From Amphiscolops sp. MND2022 (taxonomy: Eukaryota), in NCBI GenBank assembly GCA_964187785.1, contig OZ076409.1, positions 93,560,001-93,624,000 of the forward strand: a stretch of DNA of 64,000 bases, given 5' to 3'. A model generated the notes under the pieces. That model saw only the letters and a program-made list of their open reading frames with translations. It was not told the origin of the DNA and did no database searches. This document shows positions 20,845 through 34,060 of this stretch, piece by piece. The number at the start of each line of letters is the position of its first letter. Position 1 is the first letter of the stretch. The position numbers and the translations under genes were made by a program.

Positions 20845-21665
20845 ACCAGTGACACGAATCTTGGCACGCTTGCCAAGATGCATGGGTATGCTTGCCAAGA
20901 TCTTGGCAAGATCTTGCCAAGATCTTACCAAGGCTACCATGATCATGCAAGATCATGGCAAGGCTGACCATGCGTCTTACCAAGCGTACCAAGGTTTTCC
21001 ATGTATCTTACCAAGCTTTTCCATGTGTCTTGCCAAGCATACCAAGATTTTTCTGTCCATCTTGCCAATCCAACCAGGATTTTTTCATGCATTTTTCAGT
21101 AATTAGAACCCGTTATCTCAATAGATCAGGTAATAGCTAATTCTAAACAAATAATAGCTAGAAAAGTTGGTTTTCACACCGATATCGCAAACCCGCAAGT
21201 TGCAATAACTTGATTCGGAGTTTGCTTGGTATGATAAGTCATGTTAGTAGTAACAATGCCGTGCTCTCAAGTAACAAAACTCGGTCAATAAGTGCAGCAA
21301 ATTATTGAGCAAATTTTGGATAATTTTCAATTAAAAACTATTTTCAATTAATAAATATTATGTTATTAAGTTATTACAATGGCTAATTCAAAAATTGCAG
21401 ACGACAAAGAATTTTTGCGAAAAGAATAAATTATGCACAATTAATACCAGCTTACATGTCTTACCATGGTTATCTTGTCAAGATCTTGCCATGATCTTGC
21501 CATGATCTTGGCAAGCATTTCCACATGGAACGCTTGTCAAGATCTTGCCAAGATCTTACCAAGCGTAGCATGCATCATGTTTTTCCATGCGTCTTGGTAA
21601 GCCTACCATGCGTTTCCATGTTTTTCCAAGATCTTGGCAAGGCTACCAAGATTCGTGTCACTGGG
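20845..21665. mobile_element. CACTA/EnSpm-like MITE, family B (GATCTTGCCAA subterminal repeats)
   Basis: TIRs CCAGTGACACGAATCTTGG / CCAAGATTCGTGTCACTGGG; absent from duplicate unit 2 (empty site ~24730); inferred AA TSD. Confidence 0.85.
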
Positions 21666-21920
21666 AAAGAACACCCAACTCTCAAAACTTTGAAGACTCG
21701 GACTCTGAGGCCAAAAATACATTCATCGCTCCTTATTAAATTTAAAACGACTCTTCAAAACAACACTCCGTTAGTAAGTCGTAACAACCACGGTTTCAAT
21801 AACTTGAATTTTCGGGTTGAATGCGTTTCGCTCCTAATCGAGTTGCGCTCAGTGTTGTCAGATTTCATCACGTTTCTGATAATTATGGGTTGAGGAAGAT
21901 ATTTTAACAGTTGTTATCAT

Positions 21921-22121
21921 AACCAATGAACAGAATAAAACAAAGGTTTGAGTTTCCATACCCTGCGAGTCATCAAAGTTAGCCCAGGAAAAGTTGCAAG
22001 GAAAAAAGTGTTTCACCTTCAAGATGAAACACTTTCTCCTTGCAACCTTTCCTGCTGGGCTAACTTTGATGACTCGCAGGGTATGGAAACTCAAACCTTT
22101 GTTTTATTCTGTTCATTGGTT
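21921..22121. repeat. ~200 bp palindrome (copy at 24986-25186)
   Basis: Outer ~65 bp arms are perfect reverse complements; inner arms imperfect. Confidence 0.92.
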
Positions 22122-22273
22122 TTGAAACGTTGCCAAGCCTTTTTGGTGAAGTATAAGATTATTCATTCTCAATTTAGGCCTATTTTCTTCATGGTTTCTA
22201 AACTTCATGATGAGCGCGATTCAGAGTTTTGTGAGCATCATTCAGGATGTCAAAGGCAAAAATCGCAGGAAGT

Positions 22274-23107
22274 CCCAGGTTTTCGATCTTTGCGAATCTG
22301 TGCAGATCTGCAGGATTTCTGCAGATCTTTGCAGATATGTGCAGATTCGAAGAAAAATGACCTACTTAGAAACACAATAGAAACCCACAGCAATGTCAAA
22401 CGAATAATAAAATTGTTTAAAACCCGAGAGAAATCTCATTTATGTCAAAATGATGAAACATTTTTCTGCATCAATCTGTACAGATCTGTAGAGTTTTGCA
22501 GATCTCTACAGATCTTTACAGATCCAAACAATGACCAGTAAATTACTATAATGTATTCTGAGTTACCAGAATTTATTTAAATTACTTCAACAAACCATTT
22601 TCCCGAAATTTTACAGCAACAACACTTTATCAACACATCTACCAACCCAGAAGGTTGCCACGTGTCAAATTTCATCCGTCAAAACGAAATCAATAAGGCA
22701 AACGAGCTTCTCAAAGTTCAACAACCACTTCTAGAAAGTTCAAGTGAAATGGATAAATTACGGTGTATAACCAATACGGTGCATTCTCCAGTCACCAAAA
22801 CTACTGTGATGGGGACAAATTTTCCTTCTCGAGAATTTTGAGTGGTTGAGAGTATCAAATGACTGAGCCTTGGTCAGCTAAAACACTGGGTAAAGTAGTT
22901 GAAGAAGTCCAAAAATGCAGTAGGTTGGTTCCTTAGAAGCTGCAGAAAAAATATTTCTGCAAAAAATCTTTAAAGAAAATCTGCACACTTCTGTAAAGAT
23001 CTTGCAGATCTGTATGGCTCTTCAAGATTCAGTGCAACGATCTTTGCAGAACCCTGCAGAAAAAATCCTGCATATATGCACAGATTCCCAAAGATCGAAA
23101 ACCTGGG
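22274..23107. mobile_element. CACTA/EnSpm-like MITE, family A
   Basis: CCCAGG...CCTGGG, 2-bp TSD GT, homologous to 17513-18341. Confidence 0.8.
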
Positions 23108-25338
23108 GTTTCACCAGGAACTTTTTGAAGCTTTTTACAGCAAAAAAACAAAGATTTCCGATTGTGCACACCTTGATTTGACGTGAGCGATAAAATTTAA
23201 AGATCGTTAACATTGTTTTTCATGCAAGGTCTTTCATTTGTGCTTTTCATTTCATTCATCCGTGCTTGTGCCCCATCTAATTATTGCCTTGCCATGCTGA
23301 TTGTGCAGTAAAATAATTTTTATCTAGATGACTTAGCTCGTGAGCTACTTTTTCACCATGACCTGTGATGCAGAAATTTATCTTTGCCACCACCACCATT
23401 TTTAAAGGCTATCTGAGTGGTAGTTTCGGTAGAAGAGTTTAATTCACACTACAGAGAGCAATTAAAGACTGGACAAGGTCGACGAGTACTCCACAGGAGG
23501 CGGAATTCTCCTCTGACGGGACAACTTTTACCCGAAGGAGGCAAAATGAATATATGGCCATGGGCGCCTGTCCCGGGCTAATACCCATGTCATAGGTTCC
23601 TCCATCTCTATGACGGAGCAGCGACAATGGTGAGGGTGAGAGCTTGTCGTTACAATTCTTTGGATAATGCGGTTTCAATGCAGCAGGTTCGAACCTGATC
23701 AGTGTCAAATTCAGATAATCCTCAAGTTATAAAAGTTATTGATATGTTAACTGGAAACGAATTTTCAGCAACCAGATAATATCGAATAAATCATGAAAAC
23801 AAAGTTTTATTTGATAGAGAGTTGATTGAATTGGCTATTTGTTTGTTAGTTGTTGTATTTATGCATCTATAAGGACATCCTGTACAACTGAATTTCAACA
23901 TGGACTTGTACAGGAGTCGCGTAAATGTCGCATAGGTTGGAAAAAAGAATGCTAATGAACAAGTATACAAAGAGAGACACAATGTAAAGTTGAAGAATAG
24001 TCGGTTCGCGTCAACTAATTTGTGTTTACAAACATTGAGATCAAATCAACACTGCAATATGGCCAAACATGATCCATGGCCAAACATGATCAAATCAACA
24101 CTGGTGAGAAAAAATGATAAAAAGCTTTGATTTTCTGATGTTTCTGGTGAGTTTCAAAGGGAAAATAAAATTTCGAGATAAAAGGGTCACCTTTCTAATT
24201 TTTTGACCTCTCAATCGACGCAACTTGTTTTGAGAAATTTTTACGCTCACTATATGGTTGTCGATATGGTTTTTTTCAATGTTTCATGATGGCAACGATG
24301 TAGAAGAGCTCTACTTTTTATTTGATATATTTGAGTTTCGGGTGTACAACTTTTTCGAATTTTTTTTCCTTTTGAAAGCGAGTTGATTGAGATTAACGTT
24401 ATCGAACAACACTGCCACAGCCTGCTCCCGGCTGGTGTACATACTGCCTGCACAGAATCCATAAGAGAATAGCAGGATTTGGGCATGGCAAGCTCAAAAA
24501 AAAATTAAGTTAATGTTAAAGACAACCCAGTCACTTACGTTGAGTTTGAAACTTCTCTAGTCGAAAAAACAACATTATTAAAAGCCCGTTCCTGGTCCTC
24601 GCAAAACTCCTGAACTCCATGCTGGAAACCTAGACGAGATTGAAACGTCGCTTAGGCAAATCATGTGAGACTTGACAAAAGTATTAACTGTAAATCAAAA
24701 GGGATGTTAAAACTAATAGCGCTAACTGTAAAAGAACACCCAACTCTCAAAACTTTGAAGACTCGGACTCTGAGGCCAAAAATACATTCATCGCTCCTTA
24801 TTAAAACTAAAACGACTCTTCAAAACAACACTCCGTTAGTAAGTCGTAACAACCACGGTTTCAATAACTTGAATTTTCGGGTTGAATGCGTTTCGCTCCT
24901 AATCGAGTTGCGCTCAGTGTTGTCAGATTTCATCACGTTTCTGATAATTATGGGTTGAGGAAGATATTTTAACAGTTGTTATCATAACCAATGAACAGAA
25001 TAAAACAAAGGTTTGAGTTTCCATACCCTGCGAGTCATCAAAGTTAGCCCAGGAAAAGTTGCAAGGAAAAAAGTGTTTCACCTTCAAGATGAAACACTTT
25101 CTCCTTGCAACCTTTCCTGCTGGGCTAACTTTGATGACTCGCAGGGTATGGAAACTCAAACCTTTGTTTTATTCTGTTCATTGGTTTTGAAACGTTGCCA
25201 AGCCTTTTTGGTGAAGTATAAGATTATTCATTCTCAATTTAGGCCTATTTTCTTCATGGTTTCTAAACTTCATGATGAGCGCGATTCAGAGTTTTGTGAG
25301 CATCATTCAGGATGTCAAAGGCAAAAATCGCAGGAAGT

Positions 25339-26172
25339 CCCAGGTTTTCGATCTTTGCGAATCTGTGCAGATCTGCAGGATTTCTGCAGATCTTTGCAGA
25401 TATGTGCAGATTCGAAGAAAAATGACCTACTTAGAAACACAATAGAAACCCACAGCAATGTCAAACGAATAATAAAAATGTTTAAAACCCGAGAGAAATC
25501 TCATTTATGTCAAAATGATGAAACATTTTTCTGCATCAATCTGTACAGATCTGTAGAGTTTTGCAGATCTCTACAGATCTTTACAGATCCAAACAATGAC
25601 CAGTAAATTACTATAATGTATTCTGAGTTACCAGAATTTATTTAAATTACTTCAACAAACCATTTTCCCGAAATATTACAGCAACAACACTTTATCAACA
25701 CATCTACCAACCCAGAAGGTTGCCACGTGTCAAATTTCATCCGTCAAAACGAAATCAATAAGGCAAACGAGCTTCTCAAAGTTCAACAACCACTTCTAGA
25801 AAGTTCAAGTGAAATGGATAAATTACGGTGTATAACCAATACGGTGCATTCTCCAGTCACCAAAACTACTGTGATGGGGACAAATTTTCCTTCTCGAGAA
25901 TTTTGAGTGGTTGAGAGTATCAAATGACTGAGCCTTGGTCAGCTAAAACACTGGGTAAAGTAGTTGAAGAAGTCCAAAAATGCAGTAGGTTGGTTCCTTA
26001 GAAGCTGCAGAAAAAATATTTCTGCAAAAAATCTTTAAAGAAAATCTGCACACTTCTGTAAAGATCTTGCAGATCTGTATGGCTCTTCAAGATTCAGTGC
26101 AACGATCTTTGCAGAACCCTGCAGAAAAAATCCTGCATATATGCACAGATTCCCAAAGATCGAAAACCTGGG
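25339..26172. mobile_element. CACTA/EnSpm-like MITE, family A (copy made by the tandem duplication)
   Basis: Same flanks and sequence as 22274-23107. Confidence 0.8.
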
Positions 26173-27149
26173 GTTTCACCAGGAACTTTTTGAAGCTTTT
26201 TACAGCAAAAAAACAAAGATTTCCGATTGTGCACACCTTGATTTGACGTGAGCGATAAAATTTAAAGATCGTTAACATTGTTTTTCATGCAAGGTCTTTC
26301 ATTTGTCTACCCTATTCGAACCTGATGGTTTTTTACATGCTGTGCATGACTTTACATGCTGTGCATGATTTTGTTGCATTGATGGGCAGTGCCACTTGAA
26401 AGTCAAAACGACTAATGAAGATACTGATTTTTGGTATCTATTCAGGAGCAATAATCAACACCTTTTATTTTTGCACATTCTACTTTGAAATCAACGTGGC
26501 TACGTTCAAGTGCAACAGAATTCGGTTGAAAAAAGAACAAGAGCATTTCGAGATATGATAATGAACCATTTCTATAAAGAAGTAAGGAACTGAAGAGATG
26601 GAAAATTGATTAAGCACAGGTTTTTTTTCCATCTGCGCTCCTACAGACATTACGATACATATGCCGCAAAAGTGGAATTTATCATCAAGTGTAAAGTGTA
26701 TTTTCCGTAAAACGAGAGCGAATCGTGCATCTTGTTCACCGGATGATGTTATGTGGCTTGTGTATTACCTTCCTAAAATTTGTAGCTTACAGTTACACCA
26801 CAGTTCTCAAGTGTTCTACATCTTTTTACTGGGTTGCCAACCAAAATAAGTACGCTTTTGGAGCACTTTAGTGAGATTATCAAGCACAAAGTCATCTTAA
26901 CGATGTGTTGCAAAAAGTTTGGATTCTTATCAACTTTTCCGCGTAAAGGCGGGGTTTTGTTTCCAGAATTTCCTCCATGTACCTGCACTGCAATTTGACG
27001 TGAACAAGTTGTTTACCCCTGACAAAACATTTATTCTGGAATTGTTTGCTAATAAAATTTTTTCTAGCAACATAAAAAGTAGTGAGAAATTTGCACTGAA
27101 TGTGCAGAAAATGAACTGGAAAAAAATTGGAGAAACAACAGACTGAATA

Positions 27150-29040
27150 AATATATTGACAAATAGAAACCTTTTGTGCATGTAGACCTCAACGTAAAAC
27201 CGGGCGCGAAAACACAACAAAAAGCAAGACCGAATGCCATACACTTTTGACACGGTCAAAACATAACTTGAACAGCTAATGGACCCTTGAAATACTCAAA
27301 AAATTGCTGACCTGAAAAACAATTCTTTCATATCCCCGGAAGTAGTAGAAGTCAAAAGGACAAATTGATGAAAATAGTCCTCGACTGAATAATAATTAAA
27401 CGAATGCCTATACTAAACATTAAGCACAAATGCCAAATATGGACGAGTTCATAAACTAAATTTCCCAAAAAATTTCTAATGATCTGAAAAGTAGATTCCG
27501 ATTATTCATATGACTCATTGACTCTCAAAAAAACAGCAACCTCGAGTGTTCAACAAAATTTTCACGAAACGTTGAATTATCATCTCTACAAAGTCGTTGA
27601 ACGGAGTCTAACAAAACTGAAAACCGTCATTTACCGTGCGAATGAAAAGAAGACACATTTCTGCATGAATGGAACCGATGATTCGGTCAAAAAATTGAGG
27701 ACTCCAGTTTACAGCTGACCAAAAAAGAGGGCTCTAACGAAAATTAGCCCATTAAAAATACAAAATTGAATTTCTCTACAAAATCGCCAGTACAACATTA
27801 ACATTTGTCCGAAAAAGGAAACTTTCACGTAAAACTGACAGTTTACAGACTTTATCAAAAAGAAGTATGTAAGACAAATTGAGTTCGAAAAACTAATATC
27901 GCACATCTAAAACATACACAATCATCCTTTTTTCCAAGATTTGCAAAAAAAGACGACACGGAGCTTGAGAGTAAATTCATGACAAAATGAAAAAACAAGC
28001 CGGGAACGGCCCAAGTCGGCGCCATATCTAAGGCTCAGAAATAGCAAAAGGACATCAAAGTGTCAAGTGTTCTCTTCTACAGTACCCGCATTAGGAAAAA
28101 ATGGAAAAACTATCCAAAATTTTTCAAAATTTTTGTCGAAATTTTTTTGCTCTCCGGTAAGTCGCATTGTGCCGAAAAATGTAAAAGGGGGACCCAGCAA
28201 AAGAACATCCATTCTTTTGCAAAATAGAAGAAAATTTTTCTTTGGAGACATTAAAAAAATTTGCGAAAAAAAGTCTCACAAAGCCGAAATAACCGTGTGG
28301 CACAGTTTAGTGTTAGGGCAAATCAGCTTATAAGGCTTATAAATTCTGTCATTTCGTTGGTTTTAAAAAAAGAAAAAAGTCACTGCTATAGTCTGCGTTT
28401 TCTATGAAAAGCGCCGACTAAAAACCGATATAACAAATAGTGTTTGCCAGCTGTTCTCTCAACGACGCAGAAAGATAAAACGCGATCAACGAGTTGGAAT
28501 TAATAGCAGAGGTTTGGGGCCTTGCGTACAACGGTTTCAAACCACAAGGGAGAAAACTCACCTTGATGGCAGATCACCAAGCCTTTAAACAGTGTTACGA
28601 AAAAACGTGCCCATGAACAAAAGAGCGCACGATTTATCCGGTGGATGAACTGATTCTGTCCTTTGGATGTCAAGGTCCAATATTGCGTCTGAAAACACAT
28701 CAATTTAACTGACTTCTCAAGCCACAACCCAGTCAGACAACCTGTTTTAGAAGAATATGAAGAAGATACAATAAACTACATACAGAACTGAAAACGATTC
28801 ATAAATGAAAGACGATATATGGAGCAAGGTTGCACACGATGGGCAACAAATGCCTGAAACAAACAGCAATCTCAAGAGAAGCACAAACGCCTTTCAAAGT
28901 GTAAAACGTAAAGCTGAGAAGTGGAAAAACTTCTGATACAAATAGTAGTCAAAGTAACGAACCAAACGGACCTATTCATGGCCGAACACACGCAAGAAAG
29001 AGGACACGACTTGGATCGAGAACTCTTATTGGCCGATCAA
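27150..29040 (+). pseudogene. ancient Ty3/Gypsy pol relic (RT and RNase H fragments)
   Basis: Broken frames give FISPEVVEVK..D and QMPNMDE (~27325-27450) and AINELELIAEVWGL...MADHQA (~28480-28585). Confidence 0.7.
27995..28424 (-). mobile_element. DINE-1/HINE-like element
   Basis: ACAAGCCGGGAACGGCCCAAGTCGGCGCC start and AAAAGCGCCGACTAAAAA end, as at 16338. Confidence 0.7.
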
Positions 29041-32000
29041 AACACGAAATGTTGAGCTAGATTGTTTCAGTTGTTTGAAAGAAAAAGCATGCAATGAAAC
29101 GTGAACTAACCTGACTCAAGCCAAGTAACATTTTAAATGAATTCACAACAAGAGAGAACATGGACAACAACAATTGATTGACGTGAACTTAAATTGGAAT
29201 GCCGCTTTTCGGTCATTTCGCAGAAATGCTGCCAATTTCACTGAAAAATACTACGTTCCAGAGAGTCATTTTACGTCATCGCCATATATGGTACGACTCA
29301 CGTCGTGGACATCTTGGAATTTATATGCTATTCAAGGAATCTGGCGCTACTAGTAATTTGTATGAAAATTAACCTGTTTATAGCCTTTATATACGGGGTG
29401 CTTAACAAAATATGCATCAAAACAGATCATATAATATTCAATACAATATTCACTACTTCATTCATCTTCAATTGATTCCTGCTCATAATCTTAGAGGTTA
29501 TTGACCCTGTCTAACAACTCTCAGACGTGCTGCTCAGCTTGTGAAAGACGTGCCTGGCTCCATCTAGACGAAATGGCCTCCAAGATGGATTTCAAGATTG
29601 CCCAATTCAGTGGAAAGGCCGTGGACTTCCCCGCTTGGAGCACGAAGTTTGTGACACTCATGCAGACGAAGGGACTGTTAAGTGCTGTGATGGGTCAAGA
29701 CGATACTCCAAATTAATTGAGCAACTGGTTGACGGGGCAACTGCAGAGCAGATGTCAGAACACGAAACGAAAGTGATTGTGAGGGAGATGACCATGAAGG
29801 GCATCAAGAACGACAACAATGAAGTCTGGTGCAATCTTGTCCTGATACTGGACAACACCACTCTGATGTGCCAAAGCAGTGACTGCTTCAATCAGAGGAC
29901 TGGATTTAGAGATGGGGCTCTGTCGTGGAAGATGCTCTTGGAACGCTTCAATTCTTGTGAGAAGCCGACAGTGGTCAGTCTTGTGGGACAGCTGGCCAAA
30001 CTCCGCCTGGGTCCAAGTGAGATGCCAGAAGACTACTTCGTCAGAAGTCAAGAGCTGATGACCAGACTTAGCGAAGCTGGTGAACGGGTCTCGGACACAC
30101 TCTTCAATGCTCTGATGATCAATGTCCTCCTCGAGCAATACGAGTTTTTTGTGGTCCAGGCGAGCCTCCAACCTGCAACAACGTTCCAAGCGCCCAGAAC
30201 GAGGCTACGCCACTTCGAAGACGCAAAACGGGGAGGCAAGAGGATCGCGATGCGATGAAGGATGGTGCTGGACACAAGCCTCAGGTGAAGAAGGGCATTG
30301 ACCACATTACGTGCTATAGATGCAAGAAGAAAGGACACAATCAGTGGGACTGCAAGGAACCTGAGAGCTCAGGCAGTGGAAAGACGTTTTCAGTCTCAAA
30401 GAGTGGCTGCAAACTGGAGTCCTCTTTTGTAGAGGACTCAGGATGCACTGATCACGAGGTCTACGACTGGTCTCTCTTCACGACGTTTGAGTCATCCAAC
30501 ACTGGAGAGGGTGTGGTTAACCCGAATAGCTCTCTGGCAGACGTGAAGGGCAAGGGCACTGTGGAGGCGTTCATAACTGATGTCAACGGCATTGAGTGAA
30601 TGTACAAATTCCACGACGTTTTGTTCGTCCCAAGCTACAATGTAACCTGATGACTGTCAGAAGAGTGGAGGCGAAGGGCAACAGTTTCATCTTCAAGAGT
30701 GGCCAACAGGTTGTTCAATGTGGTCAGGACGAAGCAATGCCGATGTGTCTTCAGTGTCAGCTCTACTATCTTCGATGCCGATTCAGTGGCTCGGCACGAG
30801 CACACTCGGAAAAGGCGTCAAGGGATGTAACGGAATGGCATAGACGAATGGGGCACCTCAGTTTCAGCGATGTCAAGAACGGGCACTCTGAATTCAACGG
30901 GGCCCATTTCGGGGTTTTGGGTGTCTGCGGTGTGTTCGATGTCCAAGCTTAATGAACAATCAGTTCTGAACCAAACCCAGACGAGGAACAAACACAAGGG
31001 CGAGCGGGTCTTCAGGGACATCAAGGACACCTCAAAGTGCCCAGTTTGCATGGGGCACGGTATGCGCTGACGATCATTGACGATTTCAGTCGATATGCAG
31101 TGGTCAATTTTGTAGTGCGCAAAAGTGACACCCTTGAGAGCTTCAAAGAGTACGTGGTTCGTTGAGGGTTCGCCCCAAAAAAACTTCGAACTGACAATGG
31201 TGGAGATTACACTTCAACAGCATTCAAGAATTATTGTAAATCAGTGGGCATTCATCAAGAGCTGACGGTGCCGGGTACCCCACAACAAACTGGAGTCGCC
31301 GAGAGATTCAACAGAGTCAGTCTTGAAATGACAAGATGTTTGCTGCTTGAGGAAATCAGGGTCCGAATGCGCTATGGTCCAGCGTACTCGCATGCTGTTG
31401 AGGCAATCTACCTTGGCGAACCTGGCAGCTACAGGGAGGCAATGGCATCTCCAGACAAGGAAAAGTTGCAAACAGCAATGCAAGACGAATTGAATTCGCT
31501 CAACGATAAATCCACCTGGACGCTAGTTGACTGGCCAAAGGTTAGAAAGGTAATCACTGGGCGCTGGGTCTACAAGACCAAGTCAGATAAGCAAGGGAAC
31601 ATCGATAAGTTCAAAGGTCGCTATGTCGTGAAGGGTTTCAGAAATTCCTGGGTCTGGAATTTCACGAGACGTATGCTCCAACGTGCAAACAAGAGACACT
31701 GAGTACTTTGTACCTACTAGCTGCTCATTGGGGCCTAGAGCTCCATCAGATGGACGTCAAAACGGCCTACTCAAACTCACCTTTGACAGAAACGGTCTAC
31801 ATGGAATGGGACAAGACAAGGGTTCACAGAGGACAACGACAATGTGTTGCCCTCTGTGTTTATGGTTTAACGCAAGCTGGACAAGACTGGTGTTCAACGC
31901 TAGGTTCTTTTACAGAGAAAACGGGGTTCATTAGAAGCAAAAATGATTATTGTGTTCTCACAAACAACATGGGAGACGAAATGTGTTACGTTCTGTTGTG

Positions 32001-33476
32001 GGTAGACGATATCATCATTGGCTGCAAGAGCAAGGGCCGCATCAAAAAACTGAGGGACAACTTCAACCAACGTTTCAGAACGGACGATCGTGGGCCCTTG
32101 CCGAGGTTTCTAGGAATGACAATCAAGCGGCAACCTGATGCTGTGACTGTCAGTCAAACACAGTTCATTGATGAGTGCCTCAGACGGTATGATCTAGATG
32201 ACTTCAAGACTGTGTTAACACCGGGAGTTGTGGACAGTTCATTCAGTAGAGCTGATTGGCCTGAGGGTGGTTCAACAGGCAGTAGAAATGAAGGGCTGTG
32301 AAGATCGAGGAATAGTGGGCGTGACATAATGAATCTTTTATGTTTGTAGCCAAGCAAACTCAATCGGACATACTGGTAACAGTGGGCAGACTCCCCAGAT
32401 ACCTGGAGAATCCTGGCAAGGTTCACTGGATGGCTGCGAAGCGACTGCTACGGTTTTTGAAAGCACACGGAAGCTTGATTTGACGTTTCGATGAGATGCT
32501 GACGGGTTTCAACTTTTTGGGGCATGCGACGCGGACTGGGCCCGACGCAGACTGTCAATGACAGACGGTCTACAACTAGTTTTGCATTCAGGGTCCATAA
32601 GGAGGGGGCGGCGATCAGGTGGAACTCGGAAAAAAACCAACAGCAGCTATTTTGAGCAGCGAGGCAGAATATTAAGCAATGGCAGCAGCTGTGCAAGAGG
32701 TTCTCTACCTCAGATCTTTATTGGAAGAGATATGAGTCAAGCCAGAGGGAGCCACAGTCATACAAGAAGACAATCAAAGCTGCAATAAGATGCAGAAGCG
32801 AACTAAGCATATAGACATCAAATACCATTTCGTCAACGAGAGGGTAGAGGACGGAACTGTCAAACTCCGGTACTCTGCAACAAAAGACGTGGTTGCAGAC
32901 CTGATAACCAAAGCTCTGACTAAGCCAAAACTTGAAAAACACGGGGATCAACTTCTTGGCAGAAGCAGTCTGGTACCTCAGGAGAAGGTCAGATTTAGTG
33001 GGGGTGTTAGAAATGTCGAGCTAGATTCTTTGAAGTGTTGGAAGGAAAAAGCATACAAATGAAAAGTGAACTAACTTTATTCAAGGCGCGTAACTCTGTA
33101 AAGGAATTCATAACGAGAGTGAAAATGGACAACAACAAATGATTGACGTGAAATTAAATTGGAATGCGCCTTTTAGGTTATTTCGCAGAAATGCTGCCAT
33201 TTTCACTGAAACATACTACGTTTCATAGAATCATGTTACGTCATCGCCAGATATGGTATGACTCACGTCGTGGACTTCTTGGTATTTATATGCGTTTCAA
33301 GGAATCTGGCGCTACTAGAAATTTGTATGTAAATTACCCTGTTTATAGCCTTTATATACGGGGTGCTTAATTTCATACTATTATGCATCAAAACAGATCA
33401 AATAATATTCAATACAATATTCACTTCTCCAATCATCTTCAATCGCAATGCTGCTCATCATCCTAGACCTCTTACA
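29041..33476 (+). mobile_element. decayed Ty1/Copia LTR retrotransposon
   Basis: Diverged direct LTRs (~29041-29495 and 33005-33476), copia-type PBS GGTTATTGACCCTG (29496-29509), G-run PPT before 33005, domain order Gag-PR-IN-RT-RH. Confidence 0.93.
29573..33004 (+). pseudogene. Copia gag-pol, many frameshifts and stops, internal deletion after the integrase core
   Basis: CYRCKKKGHNQWDC, EDSGCTDH, WHRRMGH, LRTDNGGDY, TPQQTGVAERFNR, LHQMDVKTAY, LLWVDDIIIG, KRTKHIDIKYHF, ADLITKAL. Confidence 0.92.
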
Positions 33477-33479
33477 TCA

Positions 33480-34060
33480 GCGATCGACAAATTCTTACGT
33501 ATTCTTGATCCGAATGCAACAAACTGCAGATACGCTTTCTCGCATATCTTCAAGAGCTAACACAATGTGGACAAACAGAATTTTCGGAGCAAACAAGCGA
33601 CAGATAACATAGTACAGATAGACGAAAGGTTCGGACCGAACTAAAGTTCATGATCAGACGCTTAAACGGAAAGTAGAGCTGGGTTCGAATCATTGCAGCA
33701 ATGACGGAATCGAATTAAGACAAATTTTCGATCGAATAGTGCATTTTAAAAGATCAGCTGTGAACACGTTTCGGCTTACCACTATTCAACGACAGGATTG
33801 ATACACTGCGCGCGATTCAACAGACGTTCGTTCTATCATTTCTTCAAATCTTTCGGATTCACAGAAAAATAGCAGAGGCCATCATTTTCTAGTGGCGGTA
33901 CACGGAAAAATTGGCTGAGGAGAAATCAAAAACATACCGCCCAATACGCTCCGCAGGTAAGAACCTAAAAGTTCAAATTCCTCCAGCTGAATGTAAAAAC
34001 TACTCGATTTAAAGGCACAAGCGAAGAAGGTGATTCAATATTATTGACATACCCAAAACT
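33480..34060 (+). pseudogene. continuation of the Gypsy relic (integrase N-terminal region)
   Basis: FGLPLFNDRI (~33770) and RSAGKNLKVQIPP (~33950) resemble the Gypsy IN zinc-binding region. Confidence 0.45.

Larger units (their letters stand above)
19368..26306 (+). repeat. recent tandem duplication (units 19368-23241 and 23257-26306)
   Basis: Near-identical units at offsets 3889 then 3065; unit 1 holds an extra ~820 bp MITE; 15 bp filler at the junction. Confidence 0.95.

Noticed and set aside
20855..21660. Short GATCTTGCCAA repeats resembling a CRISPR array
   Set aside because: Irregular, no unique spacers, inverted at both ends of a TIR element; eukaryotic context without cas genes.
21948..22541. 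197 aa ORF (and copy 25013-25606)
   Set aside because: Runs through a palindrome and a MITE end; not protein-like.
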